Source of the DNA: Octopus vulgaris
Taxonomy: Eukaryota
Assembly (NCBI GenBank): GCA_951406725.2
Contig: OX597834.1
Location: 23,560,001-23,624,000 of the forward strand
DNA length: 64,000 nucleotides
Direction of reading: 5' to 3'
The notes under the pieces were generated by a model. The model was not told where the DNA came from. It was given only the letters and a program-made list of their open reading frames with translations, and made no database searches. The position numbers and the translations under genes are program-made. Below, piece by piece: positions 1-12,686 of the stretch (positions are counted from its first letter, which is position 1; each line of letters opens with the position of its first letter).

Positions 1-2359
1 GTATTCTAGGTCTGCCACATTTTATAAAGTTTTTTTTTTTCACTCCTAAATAAAAACTTACCTCCATAAAACTGTTTTTCTTTACTCTGGCAACACAGTT
101 TCTAATAATCCTTTCTACTGTTGTCACAAGTTCTTGATTTTGGTGGAGGTGCTAGTCAACTGCACCAAGCCAAGTCCACCACAGTGTAATTTGAACTCAG
201 AACGTAAAGACAGGGAAAAGGCTTCCTTCCATGCTAAAGACTGCACCAGCTTGATGCCTTAACGAAGCTTCTAATAATCCTTTCTACTGTAGGCACAAGG
301 CCTGAAAGTTTGGTGCAGGAGGTAAGTCGATCGCACCGACCCCAGTTCTTGACCCCTAAAGGATGAAAGGCAAAGTCGGCCTTGGCGAAATTCGAACTCA
401 GAACATGATGACAGACGAAATACTGCTAAGCATTTCGCCCGGCGTGCTAATGATTCCGCCAGCTTGCCACCTTAACGAAGTTTCTAATAATGAAATTAGG
501 GAAAATGAAACACGATTTCATTAATCGAGGTATTTATTAATTAAAAACTGAAGCAACTCTCTATCACCGCTCAGTGTATCAAGATTTCAATGGAATCGGT
601 AGTATTCAAAGTGATAAACAGTCCGGCCACTTTCAAGATATTTCAAAATATTAATAAGCTGTTAACATCTATAGTAATTAACAAACGAAATGATGTGTAA
701 CTTTTTTCTCACAGCGATGTCGCTGACCGAACTGAAACCGATGGTTATATCTGGTAGAGTTTACCACTGGTTTGGCCAAAATAATGTTAGTGATGCAGGG
801 GAGATAAATCAGTAGATTTAATATTTTCCCTATTTGAAAGCAGCGAACTGACAGAAGGGTTACCGCGCCGGAAAAAGTGCATTTCGTCCGACTTTACGCT
901 CCGAGTTCAAATGAGGCCGTGATCATCTTTGCTTTTCATCCTTTTGGGATCGATAAAATAAGTACCAGTTGAGCACTGGGGTCGATATAATCGACTTGCA
1001 AACCTTCCCCACCATTGCTGCCCTTGTGGCAAAATTTGAAACCAATATTCTGTCTGTTTGTGGGAATATCAATAGATTCCTGTCTTGTTTCTGTGGGAGG
1101 TGTGTGTGTATATATATGTATAGAGCTGTTTTATTATTGGTAGGATTAGCAAAAAAATATTCCATTCAATGAGAGATAAATATCACTTAGTAAAATCAAG
1201 ATTTAAATGTGAGCTACTATAAGCACCATTGTTGGATGTACTTGTGTGGCAGGAATGATTGCAAGGTGGTTCATGGCATCTTATACAAGTCTGTCCAATT
1301 GCTGTAATATCAATGTATATATATATGTAAATGTGTGTGTGTGTGAAATTGATTGTGCATATGAGTGTGTGTGTGTATATGTGTATGAATTTCTCTGTGT
1401 ATATATGTAGTTATGTGTATGAATGTGTGTATTTATATATGCATATACTAGCTGGTGTACCCGGTAATTCCTGGGGGGGTAAAGATGTTCTATTGAAACG
1501 CCTTATTACTTTGATATAAGAAAGCAATTTCGTTATAACTGCCACAAAAGGTGTATTTTCCGTCACGAAAAAGTACAAAAACTGTCAGCTGGAGGAGGGA
1601 GAGATTGTTAGAGGTTGGTGAGAGAGGTTTTCAAAGGTTGGCAGCGAGAGGCAAAGACATTATTCTGCTTAGCGAAGGCATCTGGGAAATGTATAATTGC
1701 TGTCGTTCACAGAAAAACTATTGTTTTACCGTGAGAAAAGCACTGTTGAAATATTAAGTGAAATTTGGCAATCGAGGATCAAATCCACACTATGCCTGCA
1801 TGAATCTACTCCAAATATGTTGTGGAATAAAAACTTTATCTACTGTCATGGAAAAAGTGTAAGTGTAAAGATGCAGAATTATTGATGTAATGAGTATTCA
1901 AAAAAGTATGTATAGAAATGTATGAATGAAGTATGTATAGAAATGTATGAATGAAGATTCAAATTAAGGAAATGCAATAATAATGTTTAGCAGTTCAAAA
2001 CTGTGAGTAGTGAAATTATATTACCATGAATATTTAATTGGGGATTTCTACTAATTTCTCAGTTAATTAGCCAATTAATTAGCTGTTGTAGTGTGAGTGT
2101 GCTAATTAGGTTATATAGACACACACACTCATACATACATACATGCATAAACACATACATAATATATATATATATATACACACATACACCTTATATACAT
2201 ACATATAATTGCCAGGATGGAAAACACGTTAAATGATGATAATGATACACACACATGCGCCTGCTCTTCCTCCCTCTCTCTCTTGCTCTCCTCTTTCTCT
2301 CTCCCCCTCCCACCCCTTGTCTTCCTCTGATCTGTGTAATTCCACAGATCTAACAGAAT

Positions 2360-3075
2360 AAGTAATTTTACTTGTTTTTACTAGATTGACTGTAAGGCCT
2401 TTCAATTCTAGACCTTGCTTCCACACCTGAAACTTCTCTAGTTTTGATAGTGACTCAGCTATTAGAGCAAGGTCATCAGCATAGAGGAGCTCCCAGGGGC
2501 ATCCTGTCTTTAATTCCTCTGTTATTACCTGGAGCACTATGATGAATAAGAGGGGACTAAGGAATGATCCTTGGTGGACCCCTACCCGGAATTTTTCACT
2601 GTACTCATTGCCAGCCCTCACCTTACTCACAGCATCCCTGTACATGGCTTGCACAGCTCTCACTAACCATTCATCTATCCCTAGTTTCCACATTGACCAC
2701 CAGATAAGGGATCGGGGGACCCTGTCAAAGGCTTTCTCCATGTCAACGAAAGCTAGGTACAGAGGTTTATCTTTGGTGGGGTATTTTTCCTGCAGCTGCC
2801 TTACCAGAAATATAGCATTAGTGGTGCTTTTCCCTGGCACAGACTCAAACTGCATCTCATCTAGACTGACTCTCTCCGTGACTTTCATTACTTGATGCAA
2901 TAATTTGACTCCTCTGTAATTATTCGTATCTAATGCATCACCTTTACCTTTGTAGCAGTTGACTATGGTGCTGCTACTCCAGCCATTGGGTATGATGCCT
3001 TCTTGTATCACCAGGTTGACTATACAGGTGGCCAACACCGCCAGATATTTTAAGCATCTCTGTGGTGATTCCTGA
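2360..3075 (-). mobile_element. RTE-clade LINE reverse transcriptase fragment (intronic, truncated)
   Basis: YKGKGD..NYRG, AFVDMEKAFDRVPR, GVHQGSFLSPLLF and LLYADDL motifs. Confidence 0.9.
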
Positions 3076-3930
3076 TGGGCCGGGGGCTTTCTCTGTCTTT
3101 TTTCTCTTAATTGTTTATCTACCAAGGTACTTTCAATTCAGTCGCACTGCATGGCACCTTTGGGTGTCTTTTTACTATAGCCCTTAGCCAACAAAAGCCT
3201 TCTGAGTGGATTTGGTAGATGGAAACTCAAAAAAGCCTGTCATTATATAGCTATGTGTGTGTGTCTTTGTGTCTGTGTTTGTCCCTAGTCACTGCCTGAC
3301 AACTGGTGTTGGTGTGCTTACATCCTTGTAACTTAGTGTTTCAGCAAAAGAGACCAACAGTATAAGTACCAGGAATTTAAAAGGCAAAATTATATATTTA
3401 TCTATTTATTCTTTTACTTGTTGACTGTGGCCATGCTGGAGCACCGCCTTCAGTTGAGCAAATCGACCCTAGGACATATTCTTTGTAAGCCTAGTACTTA
3501 TTCTATAGGTCACTTTTGCTAAACTGCTAAGTTACAAGGACATAGACATACCAACATCGATTGTCAAGCAATGGTGGGTTGACAGACACAGACACACACA
3601 CAAGCGTATACACACAGGCACACACACACACACACTCACATGACAGGCTTCTTTCAGTTTCTGTCTACCAAATCCACTCAGAAGGCTTTGGTTGGCCTGA
3701 GGCTGTAGTAGTAGACAATTGCCGAAGGTGCCATGCAGTGGGACTGAACCGGGAACCATGTGGTTAGTAAGTAAGCTACTTACCACGCAGCCACTCCTGC
3801 ATTTATGTTTTGTAATTTTAATTTTGTTTGTGAAACGAAACACTCATTGGTGAATATGTTGATTAATTAATAAATTAATTTGTATCCATTAGATCTCTCT
3901 GTTTTCTAACTTGATAAATGTGTGTGTGTA

Positions 3931-3961
<31 letters not shown>

Positions 3962-4269
3962 TTCTTTACTGCCCACAAGGGGCTAAACATAGAGGGGACA
4001 AACAAGGACAGACAAAGGAATTAAGTGGATTACATCAACCCCAGTGCGAAAGTGGTACTTTATTTATCGACCCTGAAAGGATGAAAGGCAAAGTCGACCT
4101 TGGCGAAATTTGAACTCAGAACGTAACGACAGACGAAATACGGCTACGCATTTCGCCCGGCGTGCTAACGTTTTTGCCAGCTTGCTGCCTGTATAGTCTG
4201 TAGTGTGTGTATAGTCTGTAGTGTGTGTATAGTCTGTGTTATGTGTCTCCTTGCTGTGATTTCTTTCAG

Positions 4270-4449
4270 GCTGCTGAAGCAGAAGGCCAGCTACACAGAA
4301 GACACTGTGGAACACCTAAACTCTGAATTGGTAAACAAAGAGAAAGAACTCACTGATGCCAGCACACAGCTTGATGTCTACAGGACAAGATTGGAACAAA
4401 TCGGTCAAGAGAAGAGCTCGGCTTTTGCAGAATGTTCTAAGCTAAAGCA
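4270..4449 (+). CDS. ODF2: ODF2/cenexin-like gene, first confidently visible coding exon (E1)
   Basis: tttctttcag|G acceptor, CA|gtaagt donor; encodes LLKQKASYTEDTVEHLNSELVNKEKEL...AECSKLKQ (coiled-coil); phase 2 matches the next exon. Confidence 0.8.
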
Positions 4450-4533
4450 GTAAGTTGCCCACCCCATCACCTTTTCCTCTGTGTGTGTGTGTTGCATATA
4501 CATGCATATACATACAATCATAAAATGTACACA

Positions 4534-4670
4534 CATCTGTGTTATGACTGGCATCTGTGTTATGACTGGCATCTGTGTTATGACTGGCATCTGTGCTATG
4601 ACTGGCATCTGTGCTATGACTGGCATCTGTGCTATGACTGGCATCTGTGTTATGACTGGCATCTGTGCTA
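4534..4670. repeat. 18-bp minisatellite, about 7.5 copies
   Basis: Unit CATCTGTG(T/C)TATGACTGG. Confidence 0.95.
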
Positions 4671-5105
4671 GTGGGGTGCAAAGAGCACCATATGAGTGTG
4701 ATCGTTACCAGCGTCGCCTTACTGGCACTCATGCCTGTGCTAGTAGGGTGCCAAGAGCACAATCCAAGTGTGATCGTTGCCAGAGCAACCAACTGGCTTC
4801 TGTACCCGTGGCACATACAAGGGCACCATTCGAGCGTGATCGTTACCAATGTCGCTTCACTGGCATGTGTGAAAAGATTCGAGCAAGGTCATTGCCAGTA
4901 CCGCCTGACTGGCCCCCGTGCCGGTGGCACGTAAAAAGCACCCACTACACTCTCAGAGTGGTTGGCGTTAGGAAGAGCATCCAGCCGTAGAAACTCTGCC
5001 AGATCAAGACTGGAGCCTGGTGCAGCCATCTGGCTCGCCAGCCCTTAGTCAAAATCGTCCAACCCATGCTAACATGGAAAGCGGACGTTAAACGATGATG
5101 ATGAT
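4670..5105 (+). mobile_element. Retroposon family D 3' portion with (GAT)n tail (other copies ~6030-6262, 8855-8995 -, 25388-25620 -, 37545-37778, 63766-63917)
   Basis: Repeated ggttggcgttaggaagggcatccagccgtagaaac...ccaacccatgctagcatggaaa..ggacgttaaacgatgatg. Confidence 0.8.
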
Positions 5106-5979
5106 ACATACAATCATTCTGTGTGTATCTAGGTATATGTGTGTGTATATATATATAGGGAGAGAGAGAGAAGTAGATAGATAAATGTGTGTGTGTATTA
5201 ATATGTATGTACAGATGTGTGTGTCCTTCTGTCTCTCTTCTGAAGCCTTTTCTGCAAGGAAGTCTTTATGTATTTTGAACAAATAATCGTGATGATAAAC
5301 ATTCAGCCATGTTTACGCCCCAAGTTTCTCCAAAGAAATAACAGACACTGTGTATTTGTTTAAATTAACTTTGGGATCAAAATCAAGAATTTTAATCGTA
5401 AAATAATCAAATAATCAACAGTTAAAATTTTTTTTTTTTTTTTACATAATTCAGTTAGTGTTAAGAACATAACAGAGAGATTCTTGTATAAAGTTATTTG
5501 AGAAGGTGTTAATTCGGTCATATTTTATTTTGGCCATACTGTGACAAAGAAGCAACCAGCAGGCAGGTCGTTGCCATCAAATGATATATTTAGCTTCATG
5601 ATAGGTGTAGATGTGGCTTTATGGTTGAGAGATCTACTTTGCAACCTTGTGGTTTGGAGTTCTGTCCCAGCTTGGGTTCAGCACTCTGGTGTGTGGGGTG
5701 GGGGAAGTGTTTTTGAAATAGCCCTGGGCTGACTAAAGCAGTGGTTGTCAACCGCGCCTCCCAGGGCCTTGTGTAGCCATCAGGCATCCTTCCTTGATTG
5801 TCTTTCCCTCCATGAATATATATTTTTCTTTAATTGACTCATGTTTTGCTTCTTGTTTTTGGTGTGAACCCTGGAAAAAATCCAGGTTTGGGATCTGGCC
5901 CCTGATATCAAAAAGATTGGGAATCACTGGACTAAAATCTTGTGGGTGGATTTGATAGATGGAAACTGAAAGAAGCATG

Positions 5980-6013
<34 letters not shown>

Positions 6014-6730
6014 CCTCACCTGGCCTTCATGCCGGTGGCACATAAAAAGCACCATCCGATCGTGGCCGTTTGCCAGCCTCGTCTGGCACGTGAAAAGCAC
6101 CCACTACGCTCACGGAGTGGTTGGCGTTAGGAAGGGCATCCAGCCGTAGAAACATTGCCAGATCAGACTGGGCCTGGTGCAGCCTTCTGGCTTCCCAGAC
6201 CCCAGTTGAACCGTCCAACCCATGCTAGCATGGAAAGCGGATGCTAAACGAGGAGGATGATGATATATATATATGGGAGGTTAAAGATGTGGGAGTGTGT
6301 TGGTACACATGTGTATGTGAAGGGTTAAATGGTGATGAGGATTACTCTCAGCTCTTGGTATTTTTTAAATTGCAAAAGATTTCTTTTGATTGGAAATGGT
6401 TTGAACCACTCCAAATGTGGCACCAGTCATTCCTTAGCCTCAGAGCAACTGGTACTTAATTTATAGACCCCGAAAGGATGAAAGGCAAAGTCAACCTCAG
6501 CAGAATTTAAACTCAGAACGTAAAAACAGAGGAAATACTGCTAAGCATTTCACCCGGGGTGCTAACATTTCTACCAGCCCGCTGCCTTTGTTTATACACC
6601 TATCATGTATACTAATTGTTCCAGACCATGTGTGTATGTGTGTATAAATGTATATATGTGTGTACTACTGTATTTGTAAATCTCCCATGGAGTTTGAACC
6701 GTTTCTCTGTCTTTCTCTCTCTTCTCACAG

Positions 6731-6863
6731 AGAAATGGAAGATCTGCAAAATAAGATCCACCTCTATGAGGACAATTCTACAGAAACATCTAGAATGTCT
6801 GCCATGCTGGAGGAGAAGACGTTGGAGTGTCAGAACAAATGTCAGGAGAATGAGAAATTAATG
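6731..6863 (+). CDS. ODF2: ODF2-like exon E2
   Basis: cttctcacag| acceptor, ATG|gtaaac donor; EMEDLQNKIHLYEDN...ENEKLM; phase 2 in, phase 0 out. Confidence 0.82.
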
Positions 6864-7641
6864 GTAAACATTCTTGTTTATTGTTGCAGTTAACACCACA
6901 TTAATAATTCTAAGTTAACATCCAACAACTGTTTACTGTCACAGTTAACATCCCCAGTGATGTTTACTGTCATAATTATTAACACCACTAGTGTTTACTG
7001 TTACCGTTTACTATTCACTGTTACAGTTAACACCATCATTGGTGTTTTTGTTACAAGTCAACGTGGCAGTCTCTGATGAAGTTTAACCTGCTAGAAATAA
7101 CAGCCAAATCTCTCAACTCATGTACCACTATCTTGAAGGAGAATCCATTGGCTGATGTAGTCCATGGTATACAGATGAGATGGGCATAGCTGGAATATCT
7201 TTGATCATATTTATATGATATGCACTGGGGCTACACAACAATTTTTGCTGTAGTTAACACTAAAACTATTGTTCATTGTTAATGCTACCACATTTAACAA
7301 TGTTCATTGTTAATGCTACCACATTTAACAATGTCACCACTGTTTACTGTTACAATTAACATTGCAACTATTGTTCACTGGTGTGCTTAACACTCCAACT
7401 ATTGTTCACTGTTACAGTTAACACTACTGCACAATGTCATAGTTGACCATCAGATATTTGATGTAACTCATCCTGTGTAGAGACACTAAACTGGACAAAG
7501 TAGACAGTCGTCATCTGTAGCCATTCTATTCACTGTAATTTAGATTATTGGTCAACACAGGGGGACATTACAGATTTGGCTCCTTCTTGGTCGTTGGTCA
7601 CTTCTTAGTCAGTTGGTCATTGTTAGTATTTCTCGTTCCAG

Positions 7642-7752
7642 TCTATCCAAGAGGAATTGACATCAAAGTTGACCGAAGCTGAAACCAATGTCAGCCATTT
7701 GCAGACCAAATTGACACAGGCTGAAGAAATCATTGAAGAATACAAAGGCAGG
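7642..7752 (+). CDS. ODF2: ODF2-like exon E3 (not in the ORF track)
   Basis: tctcgttccag| ... AGG|gtgagt; 111 nt, SIQEELTSKLTEAETNVSHLQTKLTQAEEIIEEYKGR, phase 0-0. Confidence 0.85.
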
Positions 7753-8420
7753 GTGAGTAGATGGCCCCACTGATGCTTTTATCATCATCATCATCACTAC
7801 CACTATCACCACCATCATCATCATCACAATCATCACAGTGTTATGTTCATATTTTCAGGCTAGAATGGATTGGACAGTTTTATTGAGTGAGTTATTTTAT
7901 GATTAGATGTCCTTCATGCTACCAAAAATTTCAGTGTTTGGTAACCTCTTATATTACTCAGGGTTGTAGTGGTGCTCTTGCAAAACAGTAAGCTGTATTT
8001 ATTTACAGATTTAAACTCAATATTTTTGGTTGCCTTAGAATTCTTTAACAGTAGCCAGCTCTGGTGCCACATGAAAAACACCCAGTACACTCTGTAATGT
8101 GGTTGATGTTAGGGAGGGCATCCAGCTGTAAAAACCATGCCAAAACAGACAGTGAAGCTTGGTTCAGCTCTCTGACAAGTCATCCAACCCATGCCAGCAT
8201 GGAAAACAGATGTTAAATGATGATTGAGATATATATATATACTTAATAATAAGGGTTCAGCAAAGATTTGCTTTACCACATACTGAAGTTTAGAAATAGC
8301 AGCCAAAAAACGTTAGCTATTTCTTCTACTTAAAAAGGGACTCCCAGAAAAACCAAAATACTTGAAAACAATCCATACAGGCAGAGAGGAAAAGTAACAA
8401 AAATCAATCACTATCTGGTC

Positions 8421-8493
8421 TCCTATGGACGTGCGTTTCGGAATTAGATTGGAATAAAGAATATAGAATTATATTTTCCTCATTAGCATAGGA
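8421..8493 (-). ncRNA. Minimal type I hammerhead ribozyme with a G5A core mutation (Penelope-like remnant)
   Basis: UCCUAUG-CUAAUGA-GGAA...UUCC-GAAAC-GCAC-GUC-CAUAGGA; stem I is a perfect 7 bp. Confidence 0.65.
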
Positions 8494-9518
8494 CTCCGGC
8501 AGTAATTAAATATTGAAAAATTATATATATATATATATATATATATCCATCTCTCTCTTTCGGAGAGGCACTGAGCAGCTATACGCACACATACACACAC
8601 GGCAGTAACTTCCACCTACCGAATTCAATCACAAAGCTCCGGTCGGCTCGGGGCTATAGTGGAAGACACCTACCCAAAGTGCCATGCAGTGGGACTGAAC
8701 CCAAAACCATGCAGTTAAGAAGCAAGCTCCCTAACCACACAGCCATGCCCGCGCCTACAAATAATGTATGCACATATGCGCAGCGCTATGCGTGTGGCAA
8801 GTTTTCTACAGCCGGATAGGCAAGTTTTCTATATATATATATATATATATATATCATCATCATCATCGTTTAACGTCCGCTTTCCATGCTAGCATAGGTT
8901 GGACGGTTCAACTGGGGTCTGGCAAGCCCGAAGGCTGCACCAGGCCAGTCAGATCTGGCAGTGTTTCTACAGCTGGATGCCCTTCCTAACGCCAATGGGG
9001 TATATATATATATATATACACACACACACGCACACACACGAGGGCAAGTCAAAAATGATATGCACTCTTGTTTTTTCAATGTCTTTACACAAAAGCAGGA
9101 AATAAACAAATACATCATTTTTCTATAAAGTCTCGTTCCTTTAAGATGCAATTGGTTCAGCAGTCAACAAGCTTGCATATTCCTTCAAAGAAGGCTTTCG
9201 ATTGGTTGTACAACACACACACTATCATCATCATCACTTAGCATCCATTTTTCATGCTGGCATGGGTTGGACAGTTTGACTGGTGCTGTTAAGCTGGAGA
9301 GTTGCACCAGGCTCCAGTCTGTCTTCACATGGTTTCTATGGCTGGTTATGTATGTGTATATATATATATATTCTCTTTCTCTTTTCTCTTTTACTTGTTT
9401 CAGTCATTTGACTGCGGCCATGCTGGAGCACCGCCTTTAATCGAGCAACTCGACCCCGGGACTTATACTTTTGTAAGCCCAGTACTTATTCTATCGGTCT
9501 CTTTTGCCGAACCGCTAA

Positions 9519-9568
<50 letters not shown>

Positions 9569-9735
9569 TGCAGGAGTGGCTGTGTGGTAAGTAGCTTGTT
9601 TACCAACCACATAGTTCCGGGTTCAGTCCCACTGCATGGCACCTTGGGTCAGTATCTTCTACTATAGCCTCGGGCCGACCAAAGCCTTGTGAGTGGATTT
9701 GGTAGACGGAAACTGAAAGAAGCCCGTCGTATATA

Positions 9736-9812
<77 letters not shown>

Positions 9813-10210
9813 TTGTGTTTGTTCCCTTAGCATTGCTTGACAACCGATACTGGTGTGTTTATGTCCCCGCTTACTTAGCATTTTCGGTAAAATGAGGCAT
9901 AGAATAAGTACTGGGCTTAAAAGAATAAGTCCCGGGTTTCGCAGTGAAAAGTGTAGCTTCAAATAGTTCTCGACTCGATTAAAGGCGGTGCTCCAGCATG
10001 GCTTTCGCAGTCAAATGACTGAAACAAGTAAGAGTAAGAGTATATATATATATATATATACTGAGTTTCTTTCAGATTCTGTCTCCCAAATCCACTCACA
10101 AGGCTTTGGTTGGCCTGAGGCTAAAGCTGAAGAGACTTGCCCAAGATGCGACTTAACCCAGAACCATGTGGTTGTGAAATAAGCTTCTTACCACATGGCC
10201 ACACCTGTGC

Positions 10211-10254
<44 letters not shown>

Positions 10255-10379
10255 TTATAGGGAGAGAGAGAGAGAGGTAGAGCTGACATCTTGATGTGGG
10301 CCACACCCACGGGCTCTCACCTTGGAAAAATTTCACGAAAGTAATTTTGTAACTTGACCCTGTCTGACATACAACTATG

Positions 10380-10620
10380 TCCCATTGAAACCACCCACTG
10401 ATGGCCTACATTTCTTGGATCAATAGCTTCTCATCAGATTGCACCCTCATGGCCTGTGCTAAAAGAGCTGCCTCTCACTCTGCTACATATCCTATCATCT
10501 CTGGTGTACCCCAAGGTCTTGTTTTGTCTGCTACACTCTTCCTTGCTGCATCCAATAGCAGCCACTCTTCTGCAGATAATGCTATGCCTCCTCCTTCCTT
10601 AGGTCACTTCCCTCTTCTAT
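10380..10620 (+). mobile_element. Old degenerate LINE RT fragment
   Basis: ISGVPQGLVLSATLFL remnant of the GVPQGSVLSPxLF motif. Confidence 0.5.
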
Positions 10621-10935
10621 AACAACATGCCCACACAGACCCGTTACAATAAAAAAAAAACCCTTATGATAATTGATCCATTCAATGAATCATTAACTGG
10701 TCCCTAACAAAGCTGTTATCAACATCACTGTTATTTATAAAATAATCTTACCAAGACAGAAAGAAAATAAAAATATTGGCCCTGATTGACCCAATATGTT
10801 AATTAGTTACAAGAAGAAGCCCTGTGTGAAAATTTTAACCCCCTCCCCTTATAACCCTTGCCTCTGTATTGCAACTCCTTCCTTATATAACTGTATCTTC
10901 TATATGACAACTGTATTCTCCTGTCTTCCTCTAAG

Positions 10936-11040
10936 ATGGACATATCCAGAAGTGAAGCTAATAATACACTGAGTCTGTTGGAAGAACAACAGAAACAAAA
11001 CAGTCGCATCCAGAGAGAAGGGGAAGACGAATTGGATAAG
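10936..11040 (+). CDS. ODF2: ODF2-like exon E4
   Basis: cttcctctaag| ... AAG|gtttgt; 105 nt, MDISRSEANNTLSLLEEQQKQNSRIQREGEDELDK, phase 0-0. Confidence 0.82.
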
Positions 11041-11115
11041 GTTTGTGAGTTTTCTTTTTCTACACTCGAGATACCTGGGTTTAATATTTTGAGGTACCTA
11101 GTATATATCACTGGG

Positions 11116-11618
11116 AGGTATCTAGGTTTATCTCTAGAGGCATTTGGGTTTAATAATTTCAGGTACCTAGGTTTATTTCTAGAAGTATTTGAGTTTAATA
11201 ATTTCAGGTACCTAGGTTTATCTCTAGAAGTACTTGAGTTTAATAATTTCAGGTACCTAGGTTTATCTCTAGAAGTACTTGAGTTTAATAATTTCAGGTA
11301 CCTAGGTTTATCTCTGGAGGTATTTGGGTTTAATAATTTCAGGTACTTAGGTTTATCTCTAGAAGTACTTGAGTTTAATAATTTCAGGTACCTAGGTTTA
11401 TCTCTAGAAGTACTTGAGTTTAATAATTTCAGGTACCTAGGTTTATCTCTAGAAGTACTTGAGTTTAATAATTTCAGGTACCTAGGTTTATCTCTAGAAG
11501 TACTTGAGTTTAATAATTTCAGGTACCTAGGTTTATCTCTAGAAGTACTTGAGTTTAATAATTTCAGGTACCTAGGTCTATCTCTAGAGGTATTTGGGTT
11601 TAATAGTTTGAGGTGTCT
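11116..11618. repeat. 45-bp minisatellite, 11 full copies
   Basis: Unit AGGTACCTAGGTTTATCTCTAGAAGTACTTGAGTTTAATAATTTC starting at 11116, 11161 ... 11566. Confidence 0.97.
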
Positions 11619-11826
11619 AACATTGCATAGTCATTGTGTAATCATCACTGAAACATGTAAAGATTATACAAATAAATAAACTCCCTTTTCTGCTACCTTG
11701 TACCATTTCTCTTGTCTTGTACCATTTCTCTGTCCTTCATCACCATTTTAGTCTCCAAAGCTCTTACATGGAAATAACTGTGTAAGGAGAGGAATTGTCT
11801 TCCTGATCTTCTGTTTTGGTGTGAAA

Positions 11827-12229
11827 TGGAATGAATGGAGGTATACTTGCCATCTCAATATGGCTAACCACTAAGGGTGGGTGTTACTGTAGCTTGTAGC
11901 CCCAGGAGAACACTGTCTCTAGCTGGCTTTAGACACACTTTCTGTGCTCTTATGTGGCTAACCATAAATAAAGTCGACACACTGGAATGGTCAGTGCCAA
12001 TATTTTTAACTTCGTTCTGTCTTTTGGTGAAACTGTTTTATAAATAACAAGAGTGGTTGATCACAAAGTATGCCTAAAGCCAGCTGGAGACGGTGTTCTC
12101 CTGGGGCTACAAGCTACAGTAACACCCACCATTAGTGGTTAGCCATATGGAGATGGCAAGTATACCTCACATTGTCGTGCAGTTACTGTTTATACCTCGT
12201 TCAGAGATTTATCATTGGAATGAATGGAG
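11827..12229. mobile_element. Insertion with 14-bp direct flanks, ~104-bp inverted repeats and a captured host exon/intron fragment
   Basis: TGGAATGAATGGAG at 11827 and 12216; IRs 11838-11941 and 12065-12168; 11967-12065 matches 14249-14345. Confidence 0.75.
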
Positions 12230-12527
12230 TTCTAGCTCAATGCTGTTTATACACCATGCTCTTTAAGTGGCAATTCATGAAGAAAATATATGGCCTGGCA
12301 CTCCATCAGATACAACATTGAGGGTTCCAGTTGATTCAATCAACCAAACAGCCTGCTCGTGAAATTAACATGCAAGTGGCTGAGTACTCCAGAGGCACAC
12401 ATAGCCTTGATGTAGTTCTGAGGGATTTTCAGTGTGACACAAAAATTGTGACAAGGCTAGGCCCCTTTGAATTACAGGTACGACTCGTTTTTGCCAGCTG
12501 ATTGGATTGTGGATGTCTGTTTTTCAG

Positions 12528-12686
12528 GTGAAGAAACGGTTACACCAACGTCTGTTAGAATTAGAACCTCTGCCAGAGATGTTGAAGACCACAGAACTAA
12601 AAGTACAAGACTTTGAGCAGCAGTTACATTTGTCTGAGAGGAAGAGCACAGAAAACATCAAACTAATCGCAGAACTTACTTCAAAG
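12528..12686 (+). CDS. ODF2: ODF2-like exon E5
   Basis: ttttcag| ... AAG|gtaagc; 159 nt; RLLELEPLPEMLKTTELKVQD...ERK resembles the ODF2 motif LQQLPDILKITEAKL...YERK. Confidence 0.9.

Noticed and set aside
4405-4990. Repeat-rich ORFs (MPVITQ, STDASH, LCYDWH)
   Set aside because: Produced by an 18-bp intronic minisatellite next to a retroposon.
6885-7445. Recurring GTTAACA/CTGTTAC words after exon E2
   Set aside because: Looks like a degenerate intronic minisatellite with one 31-bp duplication; no structure beyond that.
11116-11618. CRISPR-like regular array
   Set aside because: Contiguous tandem units without unique spacers; eukaryotic context and no cas genes.
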